A stretch of DNA of 64,000 nt, from contig RGSB01000002.1 in NCBI GenBank assembly GCA_010032875.1, forward strand, positions 11,546 to 75,545. The letters are read 5' to 3'. This DNA comes from Actinomycetota bacterium (GTDB lineage: Bacteria > Actinomycetota > Actinomycetes > Nanopelagicales > Nanopelagicaceae). Of the stretch, positions 1 through 9,090 are shown in pieces. The notes beneath the pieces are model-generated. The model searched no databases, was not told the origin of the DNA, and worked only from the letters and a program-made list of their open reading frames with translations. The position numbers and the translations under genes are program-made. Positions within the stretch are counted from its first letter, which is position 1, and each line of letters begins with the position of its first letter.

Positions 1-1250
1 TTGCAGCATTAGCAGCACTTGGTGCGACAGTATTTTCTTCACATAGTGCCGAGCACGTCAATGGTGCTGATTTAGTAATTTATTCAAATGCGATTTCACA
101 ATCCAATGCAGAACGCGTAGCGGCCGCCGCGCAAAATATTCCAACATATACACGTGCACAAGCACTTGCATTGCTGATGAGCCAATCAATTAGCATCGCA
201 GTTGCTGGTACTCACGGTAAGACCACAACTTCTTCAATGCTCACCGTTGCACTTCAGGCATGCGGAGTTGATCCTTCATTTGCCATTGGCGGAACAATTA
301 GCGCTTCTGGCTCAAATGCTCATAGAGGAACAGGCGAGTACTTCGTAGCCGAAGCAGATGAATCTGATGGTTCATTTATCGAATACAAACCCTTCGGAGC
401 AATAGTTACAAACGTCGAACATGATCACGTCGATTACTTTGCAACTCCCGCCGATGTAACTGCTGCTTTCCAGGAATTTGCACGGACCATTTCACCTGAA
501 GGATTCATGGTTTATTGCGCTGATGATGCAGGTTCGCTGGCTCTGGGCCGCTGGGCACAAGGAATTACCTGTATCTCTTATGGTGAACATCAAGAGAGTG
601 ATTTGCACATTGATCAGGTTGAACTTGGGGCCAAGGGATCGCGCGCACGTGCCCTATGGAAAGGTAAATCAATTGGTCATCTAGAACTTAATGTTCCCGG
701 TCGCCACAACATTGATAATGCTGCAGCAGCACTTGCAGTTGGTTTACATCTCGGTTTACCTACGGCCGCACTCTTAGCAGGATTGGCATCCTTTGCCGGG
801 ACTGGCCGCCGCTTTGAATTAAAAGGAACTGTTCATGGAATTCGAGTAATCGATGATTATGGACACCATCCCACTGAAATTAAAGTCACCCTAGAAGCCG
901 CTCGTAGGTATGCAGGTGATGGTCGACTCTTAGTAATTTTCCAACCACATAGATATTCGCGCACACAAGCTTTTATGTCTGCATTTGCAACCGCTCTCTC
1001 TCTCGCAGATTACGTTTCATTACTGGAAATTTACGCAGCGAGTGAAAAACCAATTCCAGGTGTGAGTTCAGAAGTTATCGCAGAGTCCATGGCGAATGGA
1101 AAATACATCCCAAACTTTGTAGATGCGACCGATGAAATGATTGAAATGGCGAAACCAGGTGATGTCATTATTACTTTGGGAGCAGGCGATGTCTCTTCCC
1201 TAGGACCAATTATTATCGAGGGACTCACCAAGCGTTTTGCAGGAAATTAG
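1..1250 (+). CDS. murC: UDP-N-acetylmuramate--L-alanine ligase MurC, 5' end outside the window
   Basis: The frame stays open from nt 3 (AALAALGATVFSSHSAEHVNGADLVIYSNAIS...). It carries the Mur ligase P-loop AVAGTHGKTTTSSM and a DDYGHHPTEI-type C-terminal domain. Its position just before ftsQ/ftsZ matches the dcw cluster. Confidence 0.95.
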   Translation, partial: AALAALGATVFSSHSAEHVNGADLVIYSNAISQSNAERVAAAAQNIPTYTRAQALALLMSQSISIAVAGTHGKTTTSSMLTVALQACGVDPSFAIGGTISASGSNAHRGTGEYFVAEADESDGSFIEYKPFGAIVTNVEHDHVDYFATPADVTAAFQEFARTISPEGFMVYCADDAGSLALGRWAQGITCISYGEHQESDLHIDQVELGAKGSRARALWKGKSIGHLELNVPGRHNIDNAAAALAVGLHLGLPTAALLAGLASFAGTGRRFELKGTVHGIRVIDDYGHHPTEIKVTLEAARRYAGDGRLLVIFQPHRYSRTQAFMSAFATALSLADYVSLLEIYAASEKPIPGVSSEVIAESMANGKYIPNFVDATDEMIEMAKPGDVIITLGAGDVSSLGPIIIEGLTKRFAGN

Positions 1251-1257
1251 AAGTCAG

Positions 1258-1914
1258 ATGCCACGCATACTCAAAATATTGGTCACCTTATTAATCATCT
1301 CAGCACTAACATTTTTGTTGGGGTGGTCATCTGTTTTTACGGTCAAGAAAGTTGAATACATGGGAATCAAAGATCGACTGCAAATTTCAGCGGTGGAAAA
1401 GAAAGTCGGAAATCTCGTCGGTGCAAAACTCGCGCGTATAGAGCCACGGCAATTAACAAACACCATCGAAACTCTTTCTTGGATTGCACATGCTGATGTT
1501 TCACGGAACTGGTTTTCTAGTTCTGTAACTATTTCAGTAACGCCTCGATTGCCCATTGGGGCAGTAGGAGGGCGATACATCGACTCAACAGGGGCAATTT
1601 TTGACCCACTTGGACCACCGACTGATGTGCCACAACTCAATGCGCCTACTCCTGCCATTGGCTTATCGGCAGCCAAACTATTTGCCACACTTCCCCAGGA
1701 TTTTCGCAAGGACATCGCATCGATGAGTGCCAGAAATAGTGATGACTTCACCATGACTTTTGGCGGGCAGTTCCAAGGGCTCACTCTTCGCTTCGGCAAT
1801 GCAGATGAAATAGATCTGAAAATCAAAGTATTTAAAGCACTTGTGGCACTCGAAGAAAACAAAAAAGTTTCAATGATTGATGTATCAGCTCCACATGCAC
1901 CGATTGTTAAATAA
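1258..1914 (+). CDS. ftsQ: Cell division protein FtsQ (single N-terminal TM helix plus POTRA-like region)
   Basis: It sits between murC and ftsZ. It has an N-terminal TM segment (ILKILVTLLIISALTFLLGW) and a POTRA-like stretch (FTVKKVEYMGIKD...). An ATG at 1258 follows AGGAAA; an alternative TTG start lies at 1237. Confidence 0.85.
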   Translation: MPRILKILVTLLIISALTFLLGWSSVFTVKKVEYMGIKDRLQISAVEKKVGNLVGAKLARIEPRQLTNTIETLSWIAHADVSRNWFSSSVTISVTPRLPIGAVGGRYIDSTGAIFDPLGPPTDVPQLNAPTPAIGLSAAKLFATLPQDFRKDIASMSARNSDDFTMTFGGQFQGLTLRFGNADEIDLKIKVFKALVALEENKKVSMIDVSAPHAPIVK

Positions 1915-2042
1915 GAAAATAATTTAAAAATAAATTCGTGGCGGTGTTTGCTTACGGAGTTGTTTCGCTTTACTTTCACCTCACGATTAAGAGAGAACAC
2001 TAAGTCTCAACTCGAGGTTTACCGTTCTCAAGGAGGAGTACC

Positions 2043-3176
2043 GTGGCTTCACCGCAGAATTATTTAGCTGTCATCAAAGTAGTTGGCATTGGTGGCGGTG
2101 GAGTTAATGCAATCAATCGAATGATTGATGTCGGACTCAAAGGTGTTGAGTTCATTGCAATTAATACTGACGCGCAACATTTGTTAATGAGTGATGCTGA
2201 TGTGAAATTAGATATTGGTCGCAAATCAACACGTGGTCTTGGCGCAGGTGCTGCACCAGAAAAAGGTCGCGAAGCAGCACTTGATCACATTGATGAAATT
2301 GAAGAAATTTTGCGCGGTGCAGACATGGTTTTTGTTACTGCAGGCGAAGGTGGCGGAACCGGAACAGGTGGCGCACCAGTAGTAGCAAAGATTGCACGCG
2401 AAATTGGCGCACTCACAATTGGTGTTGTTACAAAACCATTTAGCTTTGAAGGAAAAATTCGCACAGCTCAAGCAGAAGAAGGTATCGAAGCTCTTCGCTC
2501 TGAAGTTGACACACTTATAGTTATTCCAAATGATCGCTTACTTGCTATTTCAGATAGGTCAATTACCGCTGTAGATGCTTTCAAGAGTGCGGATCAAGTT
2601 TTGCTCTCAGGTGTTCAAGGAATCACAGAAATAATTACACAGCCAGGTTTAATTAACCTCGATTTCGCAGATGTAAAGACAGTTATGACTGGTGCGGGGT
2701 CAGCACTGATGGGAATCGGATCTGCTCGCGGTGAAAATCGTGCAATCCGTGCTGCCGAACTTGCAATCTCTAGTCCACTTCTTGAAGCATCTATTGACGG
2801 GGCTATGGGCGTATTACTTTCAGTAGCAGGTGGTTCTGATCTTGGATTATTCGAAATCAATGAAGCGTGCGAACTTGTACAAGCCGCAGCGCATCCAAAT
2901 GCGAAGATTATTTTCGGAACAACTATCGATGATGCACTTGGAGATGAAGTTCGTATCACCGTAATTGCCGCTGGATTCGATGGGGGAGAACCGAAGAAGG
3001 TCTCAGTTCCGGTTATCAACGCAGCGACATTGGCAGGAAATGCCAATCCAGTGCCAAGCAACGATCCGTTGGCTGTAGCACTTGATCTTGAGGCAGATCT
3101 GACTCCGCGCCCACGAGTTACCTTTGAAGAACTCGTAGCCGAAGATGAAATTGATGTTCCAGATTTCATGAAATAA
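2043..3176 (+). CDS. ftsZ: Cell division GTPase FtsZ
   Basis: It carries the tubulin signature [10 protein letters not shown], the [16 protein letters not shown]-terminus and the C-terminal peptide DIDVPDFMK. The GTG start is preceded by AAGGAGGAG. Confidence 0.98.
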   Translation: MASPQNYLAVIKVVGIGGGGVNAINRMIDVGLKGVEFIAINTDAQHLLMSDADVKLDIGRKSTRGLGAGAAPEKGREAALDHIDEIEEILRGADMVFVTAGEGGGTGTGGAPVVAKIAREIGALTIGVVTKPFSFEGKIRTAQAEEGIEALRSEVDTLIVIPNDRLLAISDRSITAVDAFKSADQVLLSGVQGITEIITQPGLINLDFADVKTVMTGAGSALMGIGSARGENRAIRAAELAISSPLLEASIDGAMGVLLSVAGGSDLGLFEINEACELVQAAAHPNAKIIFGTTIDDALGDEVRITVIAAGFDGGEPKKVSVPVINAATLAGNANPVPSNDPLAVALDLEADLTPRPRVTFEELVAEDEIDVPDFMK

Positions 3177-3178
3177 GA

Positions 3179-3844
3179 GTGAGCTTCACATTCTTTACCG
3201 ATCGCCTTGGTGGATATAGCCAAGGCGATTTTTCTTCCTTGAATTTAGCGCAACATGTAAATGATGATGCCTCTGCAGTTCTTCGTAATCGAGAACTTAT
3301 TGCACAGCAGCATGGTCCAACCATGTATATGAATCAAGTTCACGGAAATACTGTAGAAGTCGTTGTAGAACATAGTGATCTGAGCCCTACGTGCGATGCA
3401 TTAGTCACAACGGTTCCTGGAATTACATTGGCGGTAATGACTGCTGACTGCATTCCTTTATTGCTCTCCAGTAACAATGTCATTGCTGCCGTTCACGTAG
3501 GCAGACGCGGATTAGTTAATGGTGTCGCTGGAAAGACGGTACAGGTGATGCGCGACTTAGGTGCAACCTCGATTACTGCGAAATTAGGACCTTCAATTTG
3601 CGGTACATGTTATGAAGTAGATCAAAAAACCTTTGATGAAGTTGTCACGGGTTTTGCTTTAGCGCGTTCTCAGAGCGGTCGGGGCACCTTGGCACTCGAT
3701 CTTGCAAAGGCACTAGTTGCAGAGCTACAGGAGTTATCAATTGACTCCACTAGTGATAGTCGGTGCACTTTTGAAGATGCGAATCTATTCTCTTACCGCA
3801 AATCCCATCGCACCGGCCGACAAGCAGGTTTAATTAGATTATGA
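3179..3844 (+). CDS. pgeF: PgeF/YfiH (DUF152) laccase-domain protein, peptidoglycan editing factor
   Basis: It has the conserved order ftsZ-yfiH-yggS-sepF-yggT. Motifs include QVHGN, TADCIPLLL and CGTCYEV. Confidence 0.85.
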   Translation: MSFTFFTDRLGGYSQGDFSSLNLAQHVNDDASAVLRNRELIAQQHGPTMYMNQVHGNTVEVVVEHSDLSPTCDALVTTVPGITLAVMTADCIPLLLSSNNVIAAVHVGRRGLVNGVAGKTVQVMRDLGATSITAKLGPSICGTCYEVDQKTFDEVVTGFALARSQSGRGTLALDLAKALVAELQELSIDSTSDSRCTFEDANLFSYRKSHRTGRQAGLIRL

Positions 3845-4518
3845 CTTCGCGATATGACGAAATTGCTGCAAATCTGAATGCGGTAATCGAAGAGATAAAG
3901 AGCGCAACTCAGAGTTGTGGCAGAAAGTATGAAGACATCACTCTGGTTGCGGTAACTAAAACTTTTCCAGTAAGTGATGTCCATATTCTGGCTAGTCTTG
4001 GCGTACATCACTACGGCGAAAATCGTGATTCGGATGCAGCCCCTAAAGCAGCTGCTGTTCCAGGTACCTGGCATTTTCAAGGACAGATACAGAGCAACAA
4101 ATTGAAATCAATTGCTTCATGGGCCAATGTCATTCACTCACTAGATGAGATCCGACATATCGAGACACTAGATAGAGTTGCCACACATCGCATAGGAGTA
4201 TTTCTTCAAGTCTCACTCGATGGCGCCGAAGGCAGGGGAGGCGCTCTACCGTCATCGTTATCCGCTTTAGCCGATGCAGTCCTGCAATCCACTCATCTGG
4301 ATTTGATGGGGCTGATGGCCGTTGCGCCATTGAATGTTTCTAGTGATCACGCTTTTGAAAAATTAGCTGAAATTCATGGGGGCTTTAGAGCGTCATATCC
4401 GATGGCCACATTTCTATCGGCGGGTATGAGTAATGATTTCGCTTCTGCAATCACCCATGGCGCGACACATATCCGTGTAGGTAGTTCAATCCTCGGTTCC
4501 CGGCCATCACCCCAGTAA
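3841..4518 (+). CDS. yggS: YggS-family pyridoxal-phosphate homeostasis protein
   Basis: It has the LVAVTKTFP lysine motif and HYGENR. Its ATGA overlap with pgeF and its position are syntenic. Confidence 0.9.
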   Translation: MTSRYDEIAANLNAVIEEIKSATQSCGRKYEDITLVAVTKTFPVSDVHILASLGVHHYGENRDSDAAPKAAAVPGTWHFQGQIQSNKLKSIASWANVIHSLDEIRHIETLDRVATHRIGVFLQVSLDGAEGRGGALPSSLSALADAVLQSTHLDLMGLMAVAPLNVSSDHAFEKLAEIHGGFRASYPMATFLSAGMSNDFASAITHGATHIRVGSSILGSRPSPQ

Positions 4519-4528
4519 CCTTTTAACC

Positions 4529-4987
4529 ATGTCGAATGCAATGCGCCGTGTCGCAAACTACCTTGGTTTAGTTGATGACCCAGAAATTTCGAACGCCGTA
4601 GAAACTCCTTCTTCACGAGTTCCTGATGTGCGAATTCGTACTCGCGAGCCACGTCATATTGCACCAGTGGCTCACCAAGAGAGCACTCCACAACTAGATC
4701 TTCCGGCTCTTGATCGCATCATCACTTTGCATCCACGTTTTTATAACGAAGCACGCACAATCGGTGAGCATTATCGTCAAGGTAATCCAGTCATCATTAA
4801 TTTAACTGACATGGATGAGTCAGAACGCAAGCGCCTTGTGGATTTTGCAAGCGGACTTGTGTTTGGTCATCACGGAACTATCGAACGAGTTACTTCAAAA
4901 GTTTTCCTACTCTCACCAGCAAATGTCAAAGTGAGTAGCGAAGATAAAGCTGCAGCAGCTGAAGCAAGTTTTTTCAATCAGAGCTGA
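4529..4987 (+). CDS. sepF: Cell division protein SepF
   Basis: It has the N-terminal amphipathic helix MSNAMRRVANYLGLV. The conserved core reads YNEARTIGEHYRQGNPVIINLTDMDESERKRLVDFASGLVFGHHGTIERVTSKVFLLSP. Confidence 0.93.
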   Translation: MSNAMRRVANYLGLVDDPEISNAVETPSSRVPDVRIRTREPRHIAPVAHQESTPQLDLPALDRIITLHPRFYNEARTIGEHYRQGNPVIINLTDMDESERKRLVDFASGLVFGHHGTIERVTSKVFLLSPANVKVSSEDKAAAAEASFFNQS

Positions 4988-4997
4988 TAGTTAATTC

Positions 4998-5282
4998 ATG
5001 CTACGTATCGGATCGATACTTCATTTAATTCTGCAATTATTTTTATTTGCCTTACTTGGACGTTTAATTCTGGATTACGTTCGCATGTTCAAGCCAGCAT
5101 GGCGTCCCAGTGGAGTTGTTTTGATATTGGTAGAAGCGATTTACACAATCACAGATCGCCCAATGAACTTTGTGCGTCGCTTTGTTCCGCCACTTCGCTT
5201 GGGCGGGGTCTCACTTGATTTATCTTTCATCGTATTGTTCTTTGCAATACAGATGTTGATGCCCCTTGTTTTGTTGATTTAA
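4998..5282 (+). CDS. yggT: YggT-family membrane protein
   Basis: It is a 94-aa two-TM protein directly after sepF, as in the actinobacterial dcw tail. Confidence 0.85.
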   Translation: MLRIGSILHLILQLFLFALLGRLILDYVRMFKPAWRPSGVVLILVEAIYTITDRPMNFVRRFVPPLRLGGVSLDLSFIVLFFAIQMLMPLVLLI

Positions 5283-8230
5283 CTCTTTACAAGAGTTGCG
5301 TTAAATCCAACTTCGCCATCTAGTACTGGCAGAGTTAAATCACGAGTAAATGCAGTCGCTAGAACTTCTGCGCTGATGTGCTCCTGTGCAGATTCAACGG
5401 CTGAAACTATTTCATCCGGTGCATTCCATGACACATGAATGCGATCTGAAATTTCAAAGCCACTCGTTTTGCGGGCCTCCTGTATGAAGCGAATAACTTC
5501 ACGGACATGTCCAGCAGCAATTAGCTCAGGCGAAAGGGCCAAATCTAAGGCGACGCTTTCGCCTTCGTGACTTGCAACCATCCAACCGGTACGTGGTACT
5601 TCAGTAATAACAAGGTCATCTAACTCGATGTTCCACGTGCCGACTGTGGCGCTGCCAGTTGCGCGAAGAGATTTCACAAGAGTGGTCGCATCCGTTGCAG
5701 CAATAGCTTTCGCAATTGCCTGGACTTCGCCACCAAATTTTGCTCCAAGAGTGCGAAAGTTCGCTTTAACGGAGATATCCACTAAATCTCCATCGGCATT
5801 GGCAATATCCGCTAAATCAATAACGTTTAATTCATCAGCAATTTGCTCGCGCATATCTGCAGGGAGGCCGGCCCATCCACTTGCTGCAATAAGTGCACGT
5901 TGAAGAGGTTGTCGAATCTTTATTCCAGATTCAGCTCGAGCTGCTCTTCCTAGTTCAACAATGCGACGCGTCAGAGCAACCTGGGTTGATAAAACTCTAT
6001 CGATATCACTTGAATCTGAAACCGGGAAATCTGAAAGGTGTACTGATTTCGCAGCGGTTGCATCAACTGGACGAATAAGTTCTTGCCACACGTGCTCTGA
6101 AATGAATGGAACCATCGGAGCAAGTAATTGAGTTAATGTGCTGAGACATTCATGAAGTGTGGCAAGGGCTGCGACATCGCCATCCCAGAAACGTCGACGC
6201 GAACGACGTACATACCAATTAGAGAGATCGTCAATAAATTGAGCAAGAGCCTTTCCGGCTCCTTGTGAATCAAAGTTGGTGAGGCAGTTCTCTACTTCAT
6301 TTATCAATAACGATAGCTCAGAAATTATCCAGCGATCCATAACAGGACGAGTATTTCGAGCTGGCGATTGCGAAAGATCGAAGTTGGATGCTTGTGCATA
6401 CAAAGAGTGGAACGAAATCGTGTTCCAGTACGTCAAAAGAGTTTTGCGAACTACATCGCTGATTGCATCGTGACCAACTCGTCGTGCAGACCATGGAGAT
6501 CCTGCAGCAAGCATGTACCAACGGACCGCATCCGCACCGTGCTGGTCCATCAATGCCATAGGTTCTAGAACATTGCCCAAGTGCTTACTCATCTTGCGCC
6601 CATCTTTATCTAGAATGTGTCCCAGGCATAAAACATTTTCATACGATGATTTGTCGAAAACCAAAGTTCCAATTGTCATCAATGTATAAAACCAACCGCG
6701 AGTTTGATCGATTGCTTCGCAGATAAAGTCAGCAGGGTAGGAGGCTTCAAACTTTTCTTTGCTACCTTCTTGATGCGGGTAACCCCATTGAGCAAATGGC
6801 ATCGCACCAGAGTCATACCAGCAATCAATTACCTCAGGAACACGAACCATAGTTTCGGGGCATTGGGTGCAAGCAAAAGTGATGTCATCGACAAATGGTC
6901 GGTGTGGATCAAGTGCTGATAATTCTTGTCCTGCACGTCTGCCCAAATCAGCTAATGATTCGATACATACTTCATGTTTGTTTTCGCACCGCCAAATAGG
7001 AAGCGGTGTGCCCCAATAACGATTACGTGAGAGCGCCCAGTCGATGTTGTTATTGAGCCAATCACCGTAGCGACCTGTTTTAATCGTTTCTGGGTACCAA
7101 TTAGTTGCAGCATTTTCGCGCAATAGTTCGTCTTTAATTGATGTTGTTCGGATGTACCACGATGGTTGTGCGTAATAAATCAGAGCAGTGTGGCAGCGCC
7201 AGCAGTGTCCATAGGCGCGGCATACCTGTAAGTCATCGGCACCAAAGGCTGGAGATTGATGAACCAAGCCGGTTCCATCTTCGGTTGTTACATAATCTGC
7301 GAGCACAACGAAGTGAGAATCCGAAATTTCCACGTAATTAAATGGGCGTGAATATGTGGTTCGCTCAAGATCTTTACCGGAGATTTTCTTCAGAATCTTT
7401 ACTTCACCTTGTAATTTTTCGAGGAGCGGCTCAGCAATAACGAGTACTTCTGTTTTCTCTTCGTGAGTTACTTCGGCGGCAACATAGGTCACAGAAGGAT
7501 TAACTGCGATTGCCGTATTAGAAACCAGCGTCCATGGCGTAGTGGTCCAGACAAGTAGCGCTGCACCCATTTCTTGCAATGGTCCCGATGTTATTGGAAA
7601 GCGAACATAGACGGAAGGATCAGTAACTGTTTCATAGCCCTGAGCTAATTCGTGATCTGACAAACCTGTTCCGCAACGAGGGCAATATGGTGCAACGCGG
7701 TGGTCTTGAACTAGTAAACCTTTTTTGTGAATTTGAGAAAGACTCCACCAAACGCTTTCGACGTATGCAGGTGCCATAGTCCAATACGCTTGGTCAAAAT
7801 CAACCCAGAATCCCATGCGATTAGTCATGGCGGTAAATGCATCAACGTGTCTAGTTACCGATTCGCGACACTTGTCATTAAATTCTGCGATACCAAATTT
7901 TTCGATGTCACCTTTGCCGTTAAAGCCCAACTCTTTTTCAACTGCAATTTCAACTGGAAGTCCGTGACAATCCCACCCAGCTTTGCGCACTACTTGCTTG
8001 CCTTTCATTGTGTGAAAGCGCGGAAAGACATCCTTAAAGACTCGAGCTTCAATGTGGTGGGTACCAGGCATGCCATTAGCAGTTGGGGGACCTTCATAAA
8101 ATGTCCATGTCTGCTGACCTTGGCGAGCAGTAACCGACTCTTCAAAAACTTCATGTGTTCGCCAAAACTCCAGGATCGAGTGCTCCATTGCTGGCAGATC
8201 GATCTGGGCTGGAATTGGGCGAAATGACAT
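5279..8230 (-). CDS. ileS: Isoleucine--tRNA ligase (actinobacterial/type 2 IleRS), unusually short at 983 aa
   Basis: Motifs present are PPTANGMPGTHHIE (HIGH region), WTTTPWTL, GTGLVHQSPAFGADD, HCWRCHT, KMSKHLGN and DQTRGWFYT. See the finding on the internal gap. Confidence 0.97.
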   Translation of the reverse strand: MSFRPIPAQIDLPAMEHSILEFWRTHEVFEESVTARQGQQTWTFYEGPPTANGMPGTHHIEARVFKDVFPRFHTMKGKQVVRKAGWDCHGLPVEIAVEKELGFNGKGDIEKFGIAEFNDKCRESVTRHVDAFTAMTNRMGFWVDFDQAYWTMAPAYVESVWWSLSQIHKKGLLVQDHRVAPYCPRCGTGLSDHELAQGYETVTDPSVYVRFPITSGPLQEMGAALLVWTTTPWTLVSNTAIAVNPSVTYVAAEVTHEEKTEVLVIAEPLLEKLQGEVKILKKISGKDLERTTYSRPFNYVEISDSHFVVLADYVTTEDGTGLVHQSPAFGADDLQVCRAYGHCWRCHTALIYYAQPSWYIRTTSIKDELLRENAATNWYPETIKTGRYGDWLNNNIDWALSRNRYWGTPLPIWRCENKHEVCIESLADLGRRAGQELSALDPHRPFVDDITFACTQCPETMVRVPEVIDCWYDSGAMPFAQWGYPHQEGSKEKFEASYPADFICEAIDQTRGWFYTLMTIGTLVFDKSSYENVLCLGHILDKDGRKMSKHLGNVLEPMALMDQHGADAVRWYMLAAGSPWSARRVGHDAISDVVRKTLLTYWNTISFHSLYAQASNFDLSQSPARNTRPVMDRWIISELSLLINEVENCLTNFDSQGAGKALAQFIDDLSNWYVRRSRRRFWDGDVAALATLHECLSTLTQLLAPMVPFISEHVWQELIRPVDATAAKSVHLSDFPVSDSSDIDRVLSTQVALTRRIVELGRAARAESGIKIRQPLQRALIAASGWAGLPADMREQIADELNVIDLADIANADGDLVDISVKANFRTLGAKFGGEVQAIAKAIAATDATTLVKSLRATGSATVGTWNIELDDLVITEVPRTGWMVASHEGESVALDLALSPELIAAGHVREVIRFIQEARKTSGFEISDRIHVSWNAPDEIVSAVESAQEHISAEVLATAFTRDLTLPVLDGEVGFNATLVKS

Positions 8231-8308
8231 AAGAGGGGAAGTCTATTCCATGCTCATGCGTAACTTTCTTCGTGGCGAAGTTGGTACTGGCGCGCTAATC
8301 GGCATAAG

Positions 8309-9088
8309 GTGCGCGGCGTGCCTAAAAAACCGTTGAAAAAAGCCGTGAAGAAAGCCTCCAAGAGCGCTGCAAAAAAGGCACCAGCAAAAAAGATTGCAAA
8401 GAAGGCTCCCGCTAAGAAGGCTCCTGCGAAAAAAGCACCAGCAAAAAAGATTGCAAAGAAGGCGCCTACTAAAAAAGCACCAGCAAAAGCTCTTAAGAAA
8501 AATCCTGGACGCCCTTTTCCTTCCAAGACAACCTTGACGGTAGATGAAAAATCTCAGACAGTCAGCGTTAAAACAATTGTTGCACCTGCCAGTACTCCAG
8601 TTGTTGAAGAACGCCGCCTAGTAATGCCGCCTCCCGCAAGACCAGTAAAGAGTGGCAAAAAAGTTGCTCCATTGAAGCCAATCAAGCAAGCACCCACTCC
8701 TGTTGTCGTTTCCGAAGGAGAATCTGCGTGGAATGCTGCAGAACTCAAGGCGATTCGCTCCGAACTCTCTAAGGAATTAGTACGTTTACAAGCAGAACTT
8801 TCCGCAGTTGAAAGCGAAATGGATGCACTCATTGCTGACGCCGGAGACGGTGCAGGAGATGACCAAGCGGATGCTGGCACAAAGACTTTTGAACGCGAAC
8901 ATGAAATGTCACTTGTCATTAATGCGCGAGACATGGTTTTGCAGACAGAGCGCGCTCTCGAACGAATTGATACTAAAACGTATGGAAATTGCGAAGAGTG
9001 CGGATCACCTATTGGCAAGGCTCGACTTCAAGTTTTCCCACGCGCAACACTCTGCATGCTCTGCAAGCAGAAAGAGGAACGGCGCTAA
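8309..9088 (+). CDS. DdbA-like protein with an N-terminal Lys/Ala/Pro-rich histone-H1-like tail and a C-terminal DksA/TraR C4 zinc-finger domain
   Basis: The N-terminus is built of (A/P)AKK repeats. A central coiled coil (AELKAIRSELSKELVRLQAELSAVESEMDAL) precedes the C-terminal CEECGSPIGKARLQVFPRATLCMLCK zinc finger. It sits between ileS and lspA, like Streptomyces SCO2075 (DdbA). The start is GTG. Confidence 0.8.
   Translation: MRGVPKKPLKKAVKKASKSAAKKAPAKKIAKKAPAKKAPAKKAPAKKIAKKAPTKKAPAKALKKNPGRPFPSKTTLTVDEKSQTVSVKTIVAPASTPVVEERRLVMPPPARPVKSGKKVAPLKPIKQAPTPVVVSEGESAWNAAELKAIRSELSKELVRLQAELSAVESEMDALIADAGDGAGDDQADAGTKTFEREHEMSLVINARDMVLQTERALERIDTKTYGNCEECGSPIGKARLQVFPRATLCMLCKQKEERR
8378..8491 (+). 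repeat. Tandem 57-bp (19-aa) duplication inside the Lys-rich tail
   Basis: Positions 8378-8406 and 8435-8463 are an identical 29-mer (GCACCAGCAAAAAAGATTGCAAAGAAGGC). The units encode APAKKIAKKAPAKKAPAKK and APAKKIAKKAPTKKAPAKA. Confidence 0.9.
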
Positions 9089-9090
9089 TA

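Noticed and set aside
1254-2000. A 248-aa ORF on the minus strand covering all of ftsQ.
   Set aside because: It is Ser/Thr-rich with a low-complexity, antisense-frame composition. The plus-strand product has an FtsQ-like TM helix, a POTRA-like region and correct synteny.
2615-3223. A 202-aa minus-strand ORF inside ftsZ.
   Set aside because: It is antisense to an unmistakable FtsZ and has no recognisable motifs.
8231-8308. A possible Ile T-box leader upstream of ileS, as expected in many Actinobacteria. TTGGTACTGGCGCG and GATTAG...GTACC resemble the T-box core.
   Set aside because: Only 78 nt separate ileS from the divergent gene. The better match (UGGUAC..GCG) lies on the wrong strand. The ileS-strand sequence lacks the UGGN bulge and the correct spacing. 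No Stem I/specifier could be drawn. The resemblance comes from a GGTACC-like palindrome.
8378-8491. Tandem repeats (8378-8491 and 41046-41069) considered as CRISPR-like or mobile-element repeats.
   Set aside because: Both are in-frame coding repeats inside conserved genes. They have no spacers and no flanking cas or transposase genes.
8254-8526. A 90-aa minus-strand ORF with AFFAG repeats.
   Set aside because: It is the mirror image of the AKK-repeat coding region on the plus strand, so it is a repeat-driven artefact.
8989-9090. An N-terminal extension of the lspA ORF (track start 8989).
   Set aside because: It overlaps the 3' end of the DksA-like gene in another frame. The ATG at 9091 gives a normal LspA N-terminus.
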